Shown here: piece after piece, positions 39,183-47,706 of the stretch
Layout of the letters: every line of letters begins with the position of its first letter
How positions within the stretch are numbered: the first letter of the stretch is position 1
Source: Treponema sp. UBA7570
Lineage (GTDB): Bacteria > Spirochaetota > Spirochaetia > Treponematales > Treponemataceae
NCBI RefSeq assembly: GCF_002477955.1
Contig: NZ_DLLE01000052.1
DNA length: 64,000 nucleotides
Direction: 5' to 3' (one strand)
Made by a program: the position numbers and the translations under genes
The notes under the pieces: model-generated
Told to the model about the DNA's origin: nothing
Database searches by the model: none
Seen by the model: the letters and a program-made list of their open reading frames with translations, nothing else

Positions 39183-40200
39183 CGAAAACGAAATCATAAA
39201 GAGGCTGATGCTTTCCGAGGCCTCTTTTTTAACGCTCAAAGAAAAGACTCTTTTGCAAAAAAAACTTGACAGTTTTAATGACATTGCGTTAATGTCAAAT
39301 AAAGAACTTTCTTCTATTATAAACAGGGATTTAATAAAGACTTCTTGGGATGGAAAAAAAGTTCTAAAAAAAGCGCAAATTGCAAATTTTCTTATGCAAA
39401 AATTTGGCATAAGATGGATCTTTTTCGGAGATTCGGATTATCCCGTATTGCTGACAGAAATGAAAGATTCACCTTATGTTATTTTTTATCGTGGAAATTT
39501 GGATTGCTTGAAGGCGAATTGTGTTTCGATTGTAGGGACTCGAAGAGCGACTTTTACAGGAAAAAACGCAGCTTTTGAGTTTGCAAGAGATGCGTCAGAT
39601 AATGGCGAAACTGTAGTTTCTGGTCTTGCTTATGGAATTGATATTGCAAGTCATAGAGGAGCATTGGCTGGAAAATCTGCAAAAACCGCGGCTGTTTTGC
39701 CAGGTGGAATTGATTCGATTATTCCTGCAGGGCACTCAAAAATTGCCGTTCAAATTGTTGAAAACGGTGGATTGATTTTGAGCGAATATACGCCTGGAAC
39801 TCCTGCCCAGCCTTTTCGTTTTGTGCAACGCAACAGAATTATTGCCGCTTTGAGTCCGGCAACTGTGGTTGTTCAGGCGCCTGCTGGAAGCGGGGCTATG
39901 ATTACGGCAGGACTTGCGCTTGATTACAACAGATATGTGTTTTTTCACGAAGCGTGTTTTAATCAGGAATCAAAAGCTTTGGACGTAATAAATGCTCAAA
40001 AACTTTCGGCAATGGCTTTAAGAGAAAAAAACGGACAAAAAAAGGCTTATGCAAAAAGCTTGAATTCTCCGGAAAGATACGTTTCTGAAGGGGCGCCTGT
40101 TGTAAAAAGCTACGCAGAATACTATGCGTTAAAAAATGAAGATTTCTGCGGAATAACCTTAAAAAAGGATGAAGAGCAGTTAAATTTGTTTATTGATTGA
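39172..40200 (+). CDS. dprA: DNA-processing protein DprA (Smf)
   Basis: SIVGTRRAT, VVSGLAYGIDIASHRGAL, FVQRNRIIAALS, SGAMITA. Confidence 0.95.
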   Translation: MQISENEIIKRLMLSEASFLTLKEKTLLQKKLDSFNDIALMSNKELSSIINRDLIKTSWDGKKVLKKAQIANFLMQKFGIRWIFFGDSDYPVLLTEMKDSPYVIFYRGNLDCLKANCVSIVGTRRATFTGKNAAFEFARDASDNGETVVSGLAYGIDIASHRGALAGKSAKTAAVLPGGIDSIIPAGHSKIAVQIVENGGLILSEYTPGTPAQPFRFVQRNRIIAALSPATVVVQAPAGSGAMITAGLALDYNRYVFFHEACFNQESKALDVINAQKLSAMALREKNGQKKAYAKSLNSPERYVSEGAPVVKSYAEYYALKNEDFCGITLKKDEEQLNLFID

Positions 40201-40214
40201 ATTTGGAGTAAAAA

Positions 40215-42347
40215 ATGGCAGCTAAGAAAAAAGAGAGTGCGGAAAAAACTCTGGTAATTGTAGAGTCTCCTGCGAAAGCAAAAACAATTGAAAAATATCT
40301 TGGGCCAGGCTATACGGTAAAAGCGAGCATGGGTCATCTTATCGATCTCCCGAAAAGCCGGATGGCAATCCAAATTGATAATAATTTTGAACCTGAATAT
40401 ATAACAGTCCGCGGACGTGCAAAGCTTTTGAATGAATTGCAGAAAGATGCAAAAAACAGCAGCCAGGTATTTCTGGCATCCGATCCTGACCGCGAAGGAG
40501 AAGCGATTGCCTGGCATTTGAACAACGCAATCAAAGAAAAAACATCTGCGGACATAAAGCGCGTTGTTTTTAATGAAATTACTCCAAATGCAATTCGCGA
40601 AGCGGTAAAAAATCCTCGCGGTATTTACGAAAGCCTTGTAAACGCGCAAAAAGCTCGCCGTGTTCTTGACCGTCTTGTAGGCTACAATTTGAGTCCGCTT
40701 TTGTGGGAAAAAGTAAAAAACGGTCTTTCTGCAGGCCGAGTTCAGTCGGTTGCATTGCGCCTTATTTGCGAACGTGAAAAAGAAGTGGAAGATTTTATTC
40801 CTGAAGAATATTGGACTTTGGAAGCGGATTTTATAAAAGGTAAAACCCAGTTTACGGCTCAGCTCGTAAAATATAAGGGGGCAAAGCCTGAATTAAAAAA
40901 CGAAGCTGAAGTCAATAAAATCATAGAAGAAATAAAAAATTCCGAATGTAAAGTAAAGGAAATAAAAAACACAGATAAAACAGTTCGCCCAAAAGCGCCG
41001 TATACGACGAGTAAACTTCAGCAGGATGCCGCAAACAGGCTAGGTTTTACTTCAAGAAAGACCATGCAGGTTGCACAGCAGCTTTACGAAGGAATTCAGA
41101 TTGGAAGCAGCCGTGTCGGTCTTATTACTTATATGCGTACAGATTCTGTCAGAATTGCACAGAGCGCGCTCGATGATGTCCGCAAATGGATTGGCAAAAA
41201 TTTTCCTGACCAGCTTCCTGCCGAGCCGATTCATTATGCAGTTGGAAAAAGCGCCCAGGATGCGCATGAATGTATTCGCCCGACTTATATTGATTACACT
41301 CCAGACAGCGTAAAGGAATATCTTACCCGCGACCAATTGAGACTTTATTCAATTATTTGGGAAAGATTTTTTTCAAGCCAGATGAACAATGCAAAAACAC
41401 GTACAACAAGTGTTGATATTGAAGCTGGAGATGCTCTTTTCCGCGTAAGCGCTTCAAAACTCATTGAAAAAGGTTTTTACAGCGTAATGAAAGTTCTTTC
41501 TTCAAAGGAAGAAGTTACAGGAAACATTCCGGCTTTAAAAGAAGGCGAAGTTTTGGATAGTGCTCATAAGTTCTATCCTGAACAGCACTTTACTTCTGGA
41601 CCCGCACGCTATACGGATGCTTCAATCGTAAAAATGCTTGAAGAAAAAGGAATTGGACGTCCTTCTACATATGCGCCGATTATTTCTGTTTTGCTCGATC
41701 GTTATTACGTAACAAGAAATAACAGACAGCTTATGCCGACGGTTCTCGGGAAAATGATTTCGAAAATTCTTGTAGAATCATTTCCTGACGTTATAAACGA
41801 AAAATTTACAGCGGAAGTTGAAAACGAACTCGATGCAGTTGAACAAGACAAGGTCGTATGGAACGATATGATTCGCGATTTTTATGGTCCTTTTAAAAAA
41901 CGTGTTGAAGAAGTTGAGCATAATACAGAAAGCATAAAGGGATTTTTGGACGAAAAGACTGATTTGGTCTGCGAAAAATGCGGCAAGCCGATGGTGAAAA
42001 AGCTCGGCAGATTTGGCTTTTTTCTTGCTTGCTCAGGATTTCCAGAATGCCACAACACAAAGTCTATTCCTCTTGCAAAATGTCCGATAAAAGGCTGTAA
42101 CGGCGACATTGTTGAACGAAAATCAAAGGGAAGAGGAAAGTCTTTCTACGGATGTACAAATTATCCAAAATGTTCATTTATCAGTCATTTTAAACCTATC
42201 GACGCAACCTGTCCTAAGTGCGGCTGGTTTTTGGTTGAAAAATTTGACAAAAAGAATGGAACTTACAAATCGTGCATAAATCCAGATTGTGATTATCTGC
42301 ACTCTGCCGGAGAAGAAGAAATGCCGGCGATTCCTTCTGAAGATTGA
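40215..42347 (+). CDS. topA: DNA topoisomerase I
   Basis: LVIVESPAKAKTI, ASDPDREGEAIAWH, SAGRVQS, ITYMRTDS, C-terminal zinc ribbons. Confidence 0.98.
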   Translation: MAAKKKESAEKTLVIVESPAKAKTIEKYLGPGYTVKASMGHLIDLPKSRMAIQIDNNFEPEYITVRGRAKLLNELQKDAKNSSQVFLASDPDREGEAIAWHLNNAIKEKTSADIKRVVFNEITPNAIREAVKNPRGIYESLVNAQKARRVLDRLVGYNLSPLLWEKVKNGLSAGRVQSVALRLICEREKEVEDFIPEEYWTLEADFIKGKTQFTAQLVKYKGAKPELKNEAEVNKIIEEIKNSECKVKEIKNTDKTVRPKAPYTTSKLQQDAANRLGFTSRKTMQVAQQLYEGIQIGSSRVGLITYMRTDSVRIAQSALDDVRKWIGKNFPDQLPAEPIHYAVGKSAQDAHECIRPTYIDYTPDSVKEYLTRDQLRLYSIIWERFFSSQMNNAKTRTTSVDIEAGDALFRVSASKLIEKGFYSVMKVLSSKEEVTGNIPALKEGEVLDSAHKFYPEQHFTSGPARYTDASIVKMLEEKGIGRPSTYAPIISVLLDRYYVTRNNRQLMPTVLGKMISKILVESFPDVINEKFTAEVENELDAVEQDKVVWNDMIRDFYGPFKKRVEEVEHNTESIKGFLDEKTDLVCEKCGKPMVKKLGRFGFFLACSGFPECHNTKSIPLAKCPIKGCNGDIVERKSKGRGKSFYGCTNYPKCSFISHFKPIDATCPKCGWFLVEKFDKKNGTYKSCINPDCDYLHSAGEEEMPAIPSED

Positions 42348-42358
42348 GGTAAGTTTTT

Positions 42359-43276
42359 TTGACAATAAAAGAGGCTTGCGAAGAATTTTTGCTTTATATT
42401 GGTTCTGTAAAGGGAATGTCGCAAAATACTGTGACGGCATATAAAAATGACCTTGAACAGCTTTGCCTGATGCAGAGCATTGGTTTTGAACGGCAGATAG
42501 AAACTGTAACAACCGAAGACTTGAGGCTTTGTGTTGGAAATATGTCTTTAAAACATAGAAAAAACACTTCCATAAATAGATTTATTTCATCATTTAGAAG
42601 CCTTTTCGCTTATTGCTGGAAATTCGGATATTTAAAAACGAATCCTGCGCTTGAAATAAAAACCGTAAAAACGTCAAAAAACTTGCCGAATTTTTTGACA
42701 GGCGCAGAAGTTGATAAAATTTGCTCCGAACCGGATAAAAAGCCTCTTTTATGGAAAAGCCGCGACAAAGCCCTTTTTGAGGTGATGTATTCAAGCGGCT
42801 GCCGTCTTTCTGAAGTTGTCGGCTTAAAAATTTCAGATTTTTCGTACGGTTTTTCGAGTGCAGTTGTAAGAGGAAAGGGAAAAAAAGACCGAATTGTTTA
42901 TTTTGAAAAAGACGCTCAAAACGCAATAAAAACTTATCTTGCAGAAAGAAATTCGCGGTTTACAGATTTAAAGATTAGAAATCCGAAAGATTTTCTGTTT
43001 GTAAGCCAAAAGGGAGAACCTCTGGGGCGTGGAGGTGTCGGTTTTATTCTTTCTAAATATTCGGGAGCGGAGGGGACAAACCGTCATGTAAATCCTCACG
43101 CGTTCAGGCATACTTTTGCCACTGCCCTCATAACCCAGGGAGCAGATGTCCGGCTTGTTCAGGAAATGCTTGGCCATTCTTCGATAAGTACAACTCAACG
43201 ATATACTCACGTTTCTACAGACAAAATGATTGCAATGTACAATAAAGCGCACCCTCACGGCGGAAACAAAATTTAA
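42359..43276 (+). CDS. xerC: Tyrosine recombinase, XerC-like
   Basis: RDKALFEVMYSSGCRLSE, GKGKKDR, PHAFRHTFAT, LGHSSISTTQRYTH; TTG start after GAGG. Confidence 0.8.
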   Translation: MTIKEACEEFLLYIGSVKGMSQNTVTAYKNDLEQLCLMQSIGFERQIETVTTEDLRLCVGNMSLKHRKNTSINRFISSFRSLFAYCWKFGYLKTNPALEIKTVKTSKNLPNFLTGAEVDKICSEPDKKPLLWKSRDKALFEVMYSSGCRLSEVVGLKISDFSYGFSSAVVRGKGKKDRIVYFEKDAQNAIKTYLAERNSRFTDLKIRNPKDFLFVSQKGEPLGRGGVGFILSKYSGAEGTNRHVNPHAFRHTFATALITQGADVRLVQEMLGHSSISTTQRYTHVSTDKMIAMYNKAHPHGGNKI

Positions 43277-43355
43277 AAGAATTGACAATTTACCGATAAT
43301 TTTCTTTTTTGTTTTTTTTCTTGCCCGATTATTTTTTTTTGAATATATTTAAAAT

Positions 43356-43898
43356 ATGGAAAAGGCTAAAATTAGAAGTACGACAGTTATTGCTGTAAAA
43401 AAAGACGGTAAAGTTGCTATGGCCGGAGACGGACAGGTTACTCTTGGAAACACGGTTTGCAAAGGCAATGCGCGTAAAGTTCGAAAAATTTACAATGGGA
43501 AAATTTTGACAGGTTTTGCCGGAAGCGTGGCAGACGCTTTTACTTTGCTTGATAAATTTGAAGAAAAAATAAAAGAGTTTAACGGTGATTTGACCCGTTC
43601 TGCTGTTGAGCTTGCAAAAATGTGGCGTACAGAACGTTCTTTGCAGAAACTCGAAGCAATGCTGATTGTTGCGGATAAGTCAAAAATTCTTTTGATAAGC
43701 GGCGATGGAAACGTAATTGAACCGGAAAATGATGTTCTTGCAATCGGTTCTGGCGGGAATTACGCTTATTCTGCGGCTCTTGCCTATTTGGAATGCAGCA
43801 ATTACAGTGCAAAAGAAATTGCGGAAAAATCATTGGGTATTGCAGGAAATATTTGTATTTACACGAACCATAACGTGACAGCAGAAGTTCTTGAATAG
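43356..43898 (+). CDS. hslV: ATP-dependent protease peptidase subunit HslV
   Basis: STTVIAV...[30 protein letters not shown]. Confidence 0.97.
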   Translation: MEKAKIRSTTVIAVKKDGKVAMAGDGQVTLGNTVCKGNARKVRKIYNGKILTGFAGSVADAFTLLDKFEEKIKEFNGDLTRSAVELAKMWRTERSLQKLEAMLIVADKSKILLISGDGNVIEPENDVLAIGSGGNYAYSAALAYLECSNYSAKEIAEKSLGIAGNICIYTNHNVTAEVLE

Positions 43899-43955
43899 AA
43901 AAAACTGCAAACTTACATTTAAACGTTATTGCAAAATAAAAAAGGAAAAAAAACT

Positions 43956-45365
43956 ATGGCTATTGAAGGACTTACACCTAAACAGATAGTAGAAAAACTC
44001 GACCAGTACATAATTGGCCAGGAAAAAGCAAAAAGGGCGGTTGCTGTTGCTTTGCGTAACCGTTTGCGCCGGATTCATCTTTCTGAAGATATTCGGGACG
44101 AAGTTGCGCCAAAAAATATTCTTATGATTGGGCCTACAGGTTCTGGAAAAACAGAAATTGCACGTCGGCTTGCAAAACTCGTAAATGCGCCTTTTATAAA
44201 GGTTGAAGCGACAAAATACACAGAAGTTGGCTATGTTGGACGCGATGTTGAATCAATGATTCGTGACCTTATGGCAGTTGGTTTTAATAACGTAAAGGCA
44301 GAAATGGAAGAGCAGATGAAAGAATCAAGCCTTCCGAAAGTTGAAGAAAAGATTCTTGACCTTTTGCTGCCCGGAACAGAAAAAAAACAGAAAACGCCAA
44401 AGGATTCCGAATCTATGCAGATGCCGGAAAATGCGTTTGTTTTGCCGGAGCAGATTTCTGATGAAAAAACAGAATCGTCTCAGAATTCGACCCGCGAAAA
44501 ATTCCGCCAGATGCTTCGTGAGGGCAAACTCGAAGACCGCGAAGTTGAAGTTACAATAAGAAGGCAGCCACGCGGACCGAGCATGGAAATTATTGCCGGT
44601 GGAAGCCTTGATGATTTGCAAAGCGGAATGCAGGATTTGCAGAATATTTTGACAGGCCGGAATTTGAAGAAAAAAATGGTTACTGTTCGCGAAGCGCGCA
44701 AGATTTTACAGGCAGAAACATTGGATTCAATGATTGATCCTGACAAAGTTGCTGATATTGCAAAGCAGCGTGTGGAACAGAGCGGAATTGTGTTTATTGA
44801 TGAAATCGACAAAATCGCGGCAAAAAATCAGAATTCTTCTGGACAGGTAAGCCGCGAAGGCGTTCAGAGAGACATTCTTCCGATTGTTGAAGGCTCAAAA
44901 GTGAATACAAAATGGGGCGTTGTAGATACAACTCATATTTTGTTTGTTGCCGCAGGAGCCTTTAGCATGAGCGCACCAAGCGATTTGATTCCTGAATTGC
45001 AGGGACGTTTTCCTCTTCGCGTTGAACTTGAAAGCCTTACAAAGAATGAATTTAAGCGCATTTTGCTTGAACCAAAAAATGCTCTTACAAAACAGTATAC
45101 TGCGCTTTTGGAAACAGAAGGCTTAAAAATTGAATTTAGCGACGATGCAATCGACAGAATGAGTTTCCTTGCAGAAGATGTAAACAGCCGAAGCGAAAAT
45201 ATTGGCGCACGCCGTTTGCATACGATTATGGAAAAAGTTCTGGAAGATGCAAGTTTTTCTGCAGACGAACATTCTGGAGAAACTCTTACAATTGATGCAA
45301 AATTTGTTGATGAAAAGCTCCGTGGCGTTGTTACGGATGTTGATTTGTCGCGCTACATTCTGTAA
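43956..45365 (+). CDS. hslU: ATP-dependent protease ATPase subunit HslU
   Basis: LTPKQIVEKLDQYIIGQ, GPTGSGKTEIARRLA, GYVGRDVE, PELQGRFP, DLSRYIL. Confidence 0.97.
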   Translation: MAIEGLTPKQIVEKLDQYIIGQEKAKRAVAVALRNRLRRIHLSEDIRDEVAPKNILMIGPTGSGKTEIARRLAKLVNAPFIKVEATKYTEVGYVGRDVESMIRDLMAVGFNNVKAEMEEQMKESSLPKVEEKILDLLLPGTEKKQKTPKDSESMQMPENAFVLPEQISDEKTESSQNSTREKFRQMLREGKLEDREVEVTIRRQPRGPSMEIIAGGSLDDLQSGMQDLQNILTGRNLKKKMVTVREARKILQAETLDSMIDPDKVADIAKQRVEQSGIVFIDEIDKIAAKNQNSSGQVSREGVQRDILPIVEGSKVNTKWGVVDTTHILFVAAGAFSMSAPSDLIPELQGRFPLRVELESLTKNEFKRILLEPKNALTKQYTALLETEGLKIEFSDDAIDRMSFLAEDVNSRSENIGARRLHTIMEKVLEDASFSADEHSGETLTIDAKFVDEKLRGVVTDVDLSRYIL

Positions 45366-45377
45366 AAAAAAATTGAA

Positions 45378-45616
45378 TTTGCTGGCGCACGGCCTGCCAC
45401 TTACATGGCAGGGATATTGCGTGCAAGCACGCTGCGACTTTTGCTGGCGCAAAACTCGTTGATTATACTGTGCGCTTACGCGCACGGCCCGCCACTTACA
45501 TGGCAGGGATAGTAGGGGCGGCGGAGCCGTTGGCGGTTGCTTGCAACCGCCAATGTAGCGCGGTTAGCGCGGAACCCCGAATAGCCCGATTTTTGCGCTA
45601 GCAAAAAGCCACCCGA
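45378..45616 (+). repeat. Intergenic repeat family B, tandem composite copy
   Basis: 32-bp direct repeat GCGCACGGCCYGCCACTTACATGGCAGGGATA at 45385 and 45480 (1 mismatch); 45469-45616 aligns with 49722-49839. Confidence 0.85.
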
Positions 45617-45625
45617 ATTTTTATT

Positions 45626-47392
45626 TTATCTTATCGAATCAATATTTGCCTTTCCGCCTGGAACAAACGGCAGTACATTTTCTTCGGGATCAACTTTTAC
45701 AGTGACAATGAACGGTCTGTTTTTTCTGTTTTGGTCAAAGGCTTTTTTGAACCATTCGCTGTCCGTGTTTGCATTTGTTCCTTCGATTCCAAAACCCTTT
45801 GCAATTTGAAGAAAATCTGGCTGTGCTGAAAAGGTGCTTGCTGAATAATTTTTGTCAAAAAGAAACTTTTGCTGCTGGTAAACCATTCCGAGCGTGTGAT
45901 TTACAAAAATTATTACCGTTACGGCAAGGTTGTTTTCGGCCAGAGTTGCAAGTTCCTGAATGTTCATAAGAATTGAGCCGTCGCCGCTTATGCAGATAAT
46001 TCTTTTTTGCGGGTTTTGAAGCGATGCTCCGATTGCCGCCGGAAGTCCAAAACCCATTGTTCCGAGGCTTCCTGAAGTTAAAAATGTCCGCGGCTCGTTT
46101 ACAGGATAGTATTGGGCGGCAAACATTTGGTGCTGGCCGACATCTGTCGTAACGAGTATGTCTTTTTCGTTGAGTCCGGCGTTTTGCGCAAGAGATGGAA
46201 GCTCTGAAATGAATTTTCGCGGATTTGCTGAATCTTCAAAACCCTCTCTTTTTTGATTTTTGTCCGGGGAACCGCAGTTGAGGGAAAAATTTTCTTTTGA
46301 AAGGTTTGCGATTTTTTCTGCCCAAAGCTCGCGTTCCTGTGCAAATCCTTTGCTGTCCTGATTTTTTAAAATATTTTTGAGCGAATCTGTAATGAGCGGA
46401 ACTGCGGTTTCTGCTTTGCAGACAAGGCTGTGTGTTGTCGGGAGAATTTTGTTTATTTCCGCAGCGTCAATGTCGATATGAAGAATTTTTGCAGAAGGAC
46501 AGAATTTTTTTACGATTCCTGTTGCGCGGTCGTCAAAGCGTACTCCTGCCGCAAAAACCAGATCGCTTTCGTACATTGCAACATTTGCCGGGTAAGAGCC
46601 GTGCATGCCGACCATTCCGGCATTGTCCGAATCTGTTTTTGGAATTGCTCCCAAAGCCATGAGCGAAGTTACAACGGGCAAACGGTAATTTTTTTTGAAT
46701 TCCCTCAATGCTTTTGCTGCTGCTGGAGAATTGCAGCCACCGCCAATGTACAAAACCGGTTTTTTTGCTTGCGCAAGCTCTAATGCCATTTTTTCTACGA
46801 TATTTTGAATTTTTCCTTTTTTTGTATGAAAGCGCACATTTTCTTCTTTTATGCAAAAATCTTCGTAATCAGGAAAACTTTCTACTTCGCACTGGGCAAG
46901 CTGAACGTCGCGCGGAATGTCAATTAAAACAGGACCCGGACGGCCTTCCTGGGCAATTGCAAAGGCCTGTGGAATTGCCGTCAAAAGTTCTTCTGGATTT
47001 TTTACTGCGATTGAATGTTTTGTGATTGGAAACGAAAGTCCGAAAGTGTCGGCTTCTTGAAACGCATCTGTTCCGATAAGATATGTGTTTACCTGACCGG
47101 TTATGGCAACCAGAGGAATCGAGTCGCTTCTTGCGTCTGCAATTGCCGTCAAAAGGTTCATTGCTCCTGGACCGCTTGTTGCCAGACAGACCGCCGCTTT
47201 TCCAGATGTGCGTGCCATTCCTTGCGCTATAAAGCCTGCCGCCTGTTCCTGTCGCACTAGAATATGCCGGATTGAACTTTTATTGAGTTCATCGTACAAA
47301 GGCAGGATTGAACCGCCTGGAATCCCAGAAACAGTCTTAATGCCCTGTTTTTCGAGCATTTTTACAACGATTTGCGCGCCAGTCAACTTCAT
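45626..47392 (-). CDS. ilvB: Acetolactate synthase large subunit
   Basis: GIPGGSILP, RQEQAAG, TSGPGAMN, GTDAFQE, DVGQHQM, GTMGFGLPAAIG, GDGSILMN. Confidence 0.95.
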   Translation of the reverse strand: MKLTGAQIVVKMLEKQGIKTVSGIPGGSILPLYDELNKSSIRHILVRQEQAAGFIAQGMARTSGKAAVCLATSGPGAMNLLTAIADARSDSIPLVAITGQVNTYLIGTDAFQEADTFGLSFPITKHSIAVKNPEELLTAIPQAFAIAQEGRPGPVLIDIPRDVQLAQCEVESFPDYEDFCIKEENVRFHTKKGKIQNIVEKMALELAQAKKPVLYIGGGCNSPAAAKALREFKKNYRLPVVTSLMALGAIPKTDSDNAGMVGMHGSYPANVAMYESDLVFAAGVRFDDRATGIVKKFCPSAKILHIDIDAAEINKILPTTHSLVCKAETAVPLITDSLKNILKNQDSKGFAQERELWAEKIANLSKENFSLNCGSPDKNQKREGFEDSANPRKFISELPSLAQNAGLNEKDILVTTDVGQHQMFAAQYYPVNEPRTFLTSGSLGTMGFGLPAAIGASLQNPQKRIICISGDGSILMNIQELATLAENNLAVTVIIFVNHTLGMVYQQQKFLFDKNYSASTFSAQPDFLQIAKGFGIEGTNANTDSEWFKKAFDQNRKNRPFIVTVKVDPEENVLPFVPGGKANIDSIR

Positions 47393-47411
47393 ATTATTCT
47401 CCAAAAAAAAT

Positions 47412-47447
47412 AAAAAGGCTCTCAGGAAACTAGTTCCGGAGAGCCTG
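47412..47447 (-). terminator. ilvB attenuator terminator
   Basis: Minus strand CAGGCTCTCCGGAA-CTAGT-TTCCTGAGAGCCT-TTTT just upstream of the ilvB RBS. Confidence 0.85.
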
Positions 47448-47498
47448 TGATTTACGCTTTAAATTTATCAAACAAAAATAAAAGCAACGACTTTCCGG

Positions 47499-47555
47499 CT
47501 AGATGGAAACCACCACGAGAAGGACGCTGACTTTTACAAGGTTTGAATTAAACAT
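47499..47555 (-). CDS. ilvB leader peptide MFNSNLVKVSVLLVVVSI
   Basis: 18 codons with 6 Val, 3 Leu and 1 Ile, between a promoter and the terminator. Confidence 0.85.
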   Translation of the reverse strand: MFNSNLVKVSVLLVVVSI

Positions 47556-47562
47556 ATTTCAG

Positions 47563-47591
47563 ATTATGTAACCTCAAAAACGTTTTGTCAA
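47563..47591 (-). promoter_or_regulatory. Sigma70 promoter of the ilvB leader
   Basis: Minus strand TTGACA-N17-CATAAT. Confidence 0.7.
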
Positions 47592-47658
47592 GAATATGTA
47601 AGAAAAATGTATTTTCAAGAAAAAAACTATCAAAAATAAACATTTGTGGACAGTTTAT

Positions 47659-47689
47659 AAAAAAAGCCCGGCTAAAGACTTAGCCGGGC
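47659..47689 (-). terminator. Intrinsic terminator of the large lipoprotein gene
   Basis: Minus strand GCCCGGCTAA-GTCT-TTAGCCGGGC-TTTTTTT. Confidence 0.9.
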
Positions 47690-47706
47690 CGGGATAAACT
47701 AAAATC

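Noticed and set aside
37508..43276. Two tyrosine recombinases read as integrases of a mobile element
   Set aside because: Both are about 300 aa with XerC/XerD-type motifs and sit among housekeeping genes (ftsZ, dprA, topA, hslVU); no att repeats or cargo genes are visible.
43274..43299. Sigma28-like promoter upstream of hslV (TAAA...ACCGATAA)
   Set aside because: The spacer is only 14 nt and the -10 box is imperfect; too weak to call.
45385..45511. 32-bp direct repeat read as a CRISPR array
   Set aside because: Only two units, the 63-nt spacer is itself made of hairpins, there are no cas genes, and the unit belongs to dispersed repeat family B.
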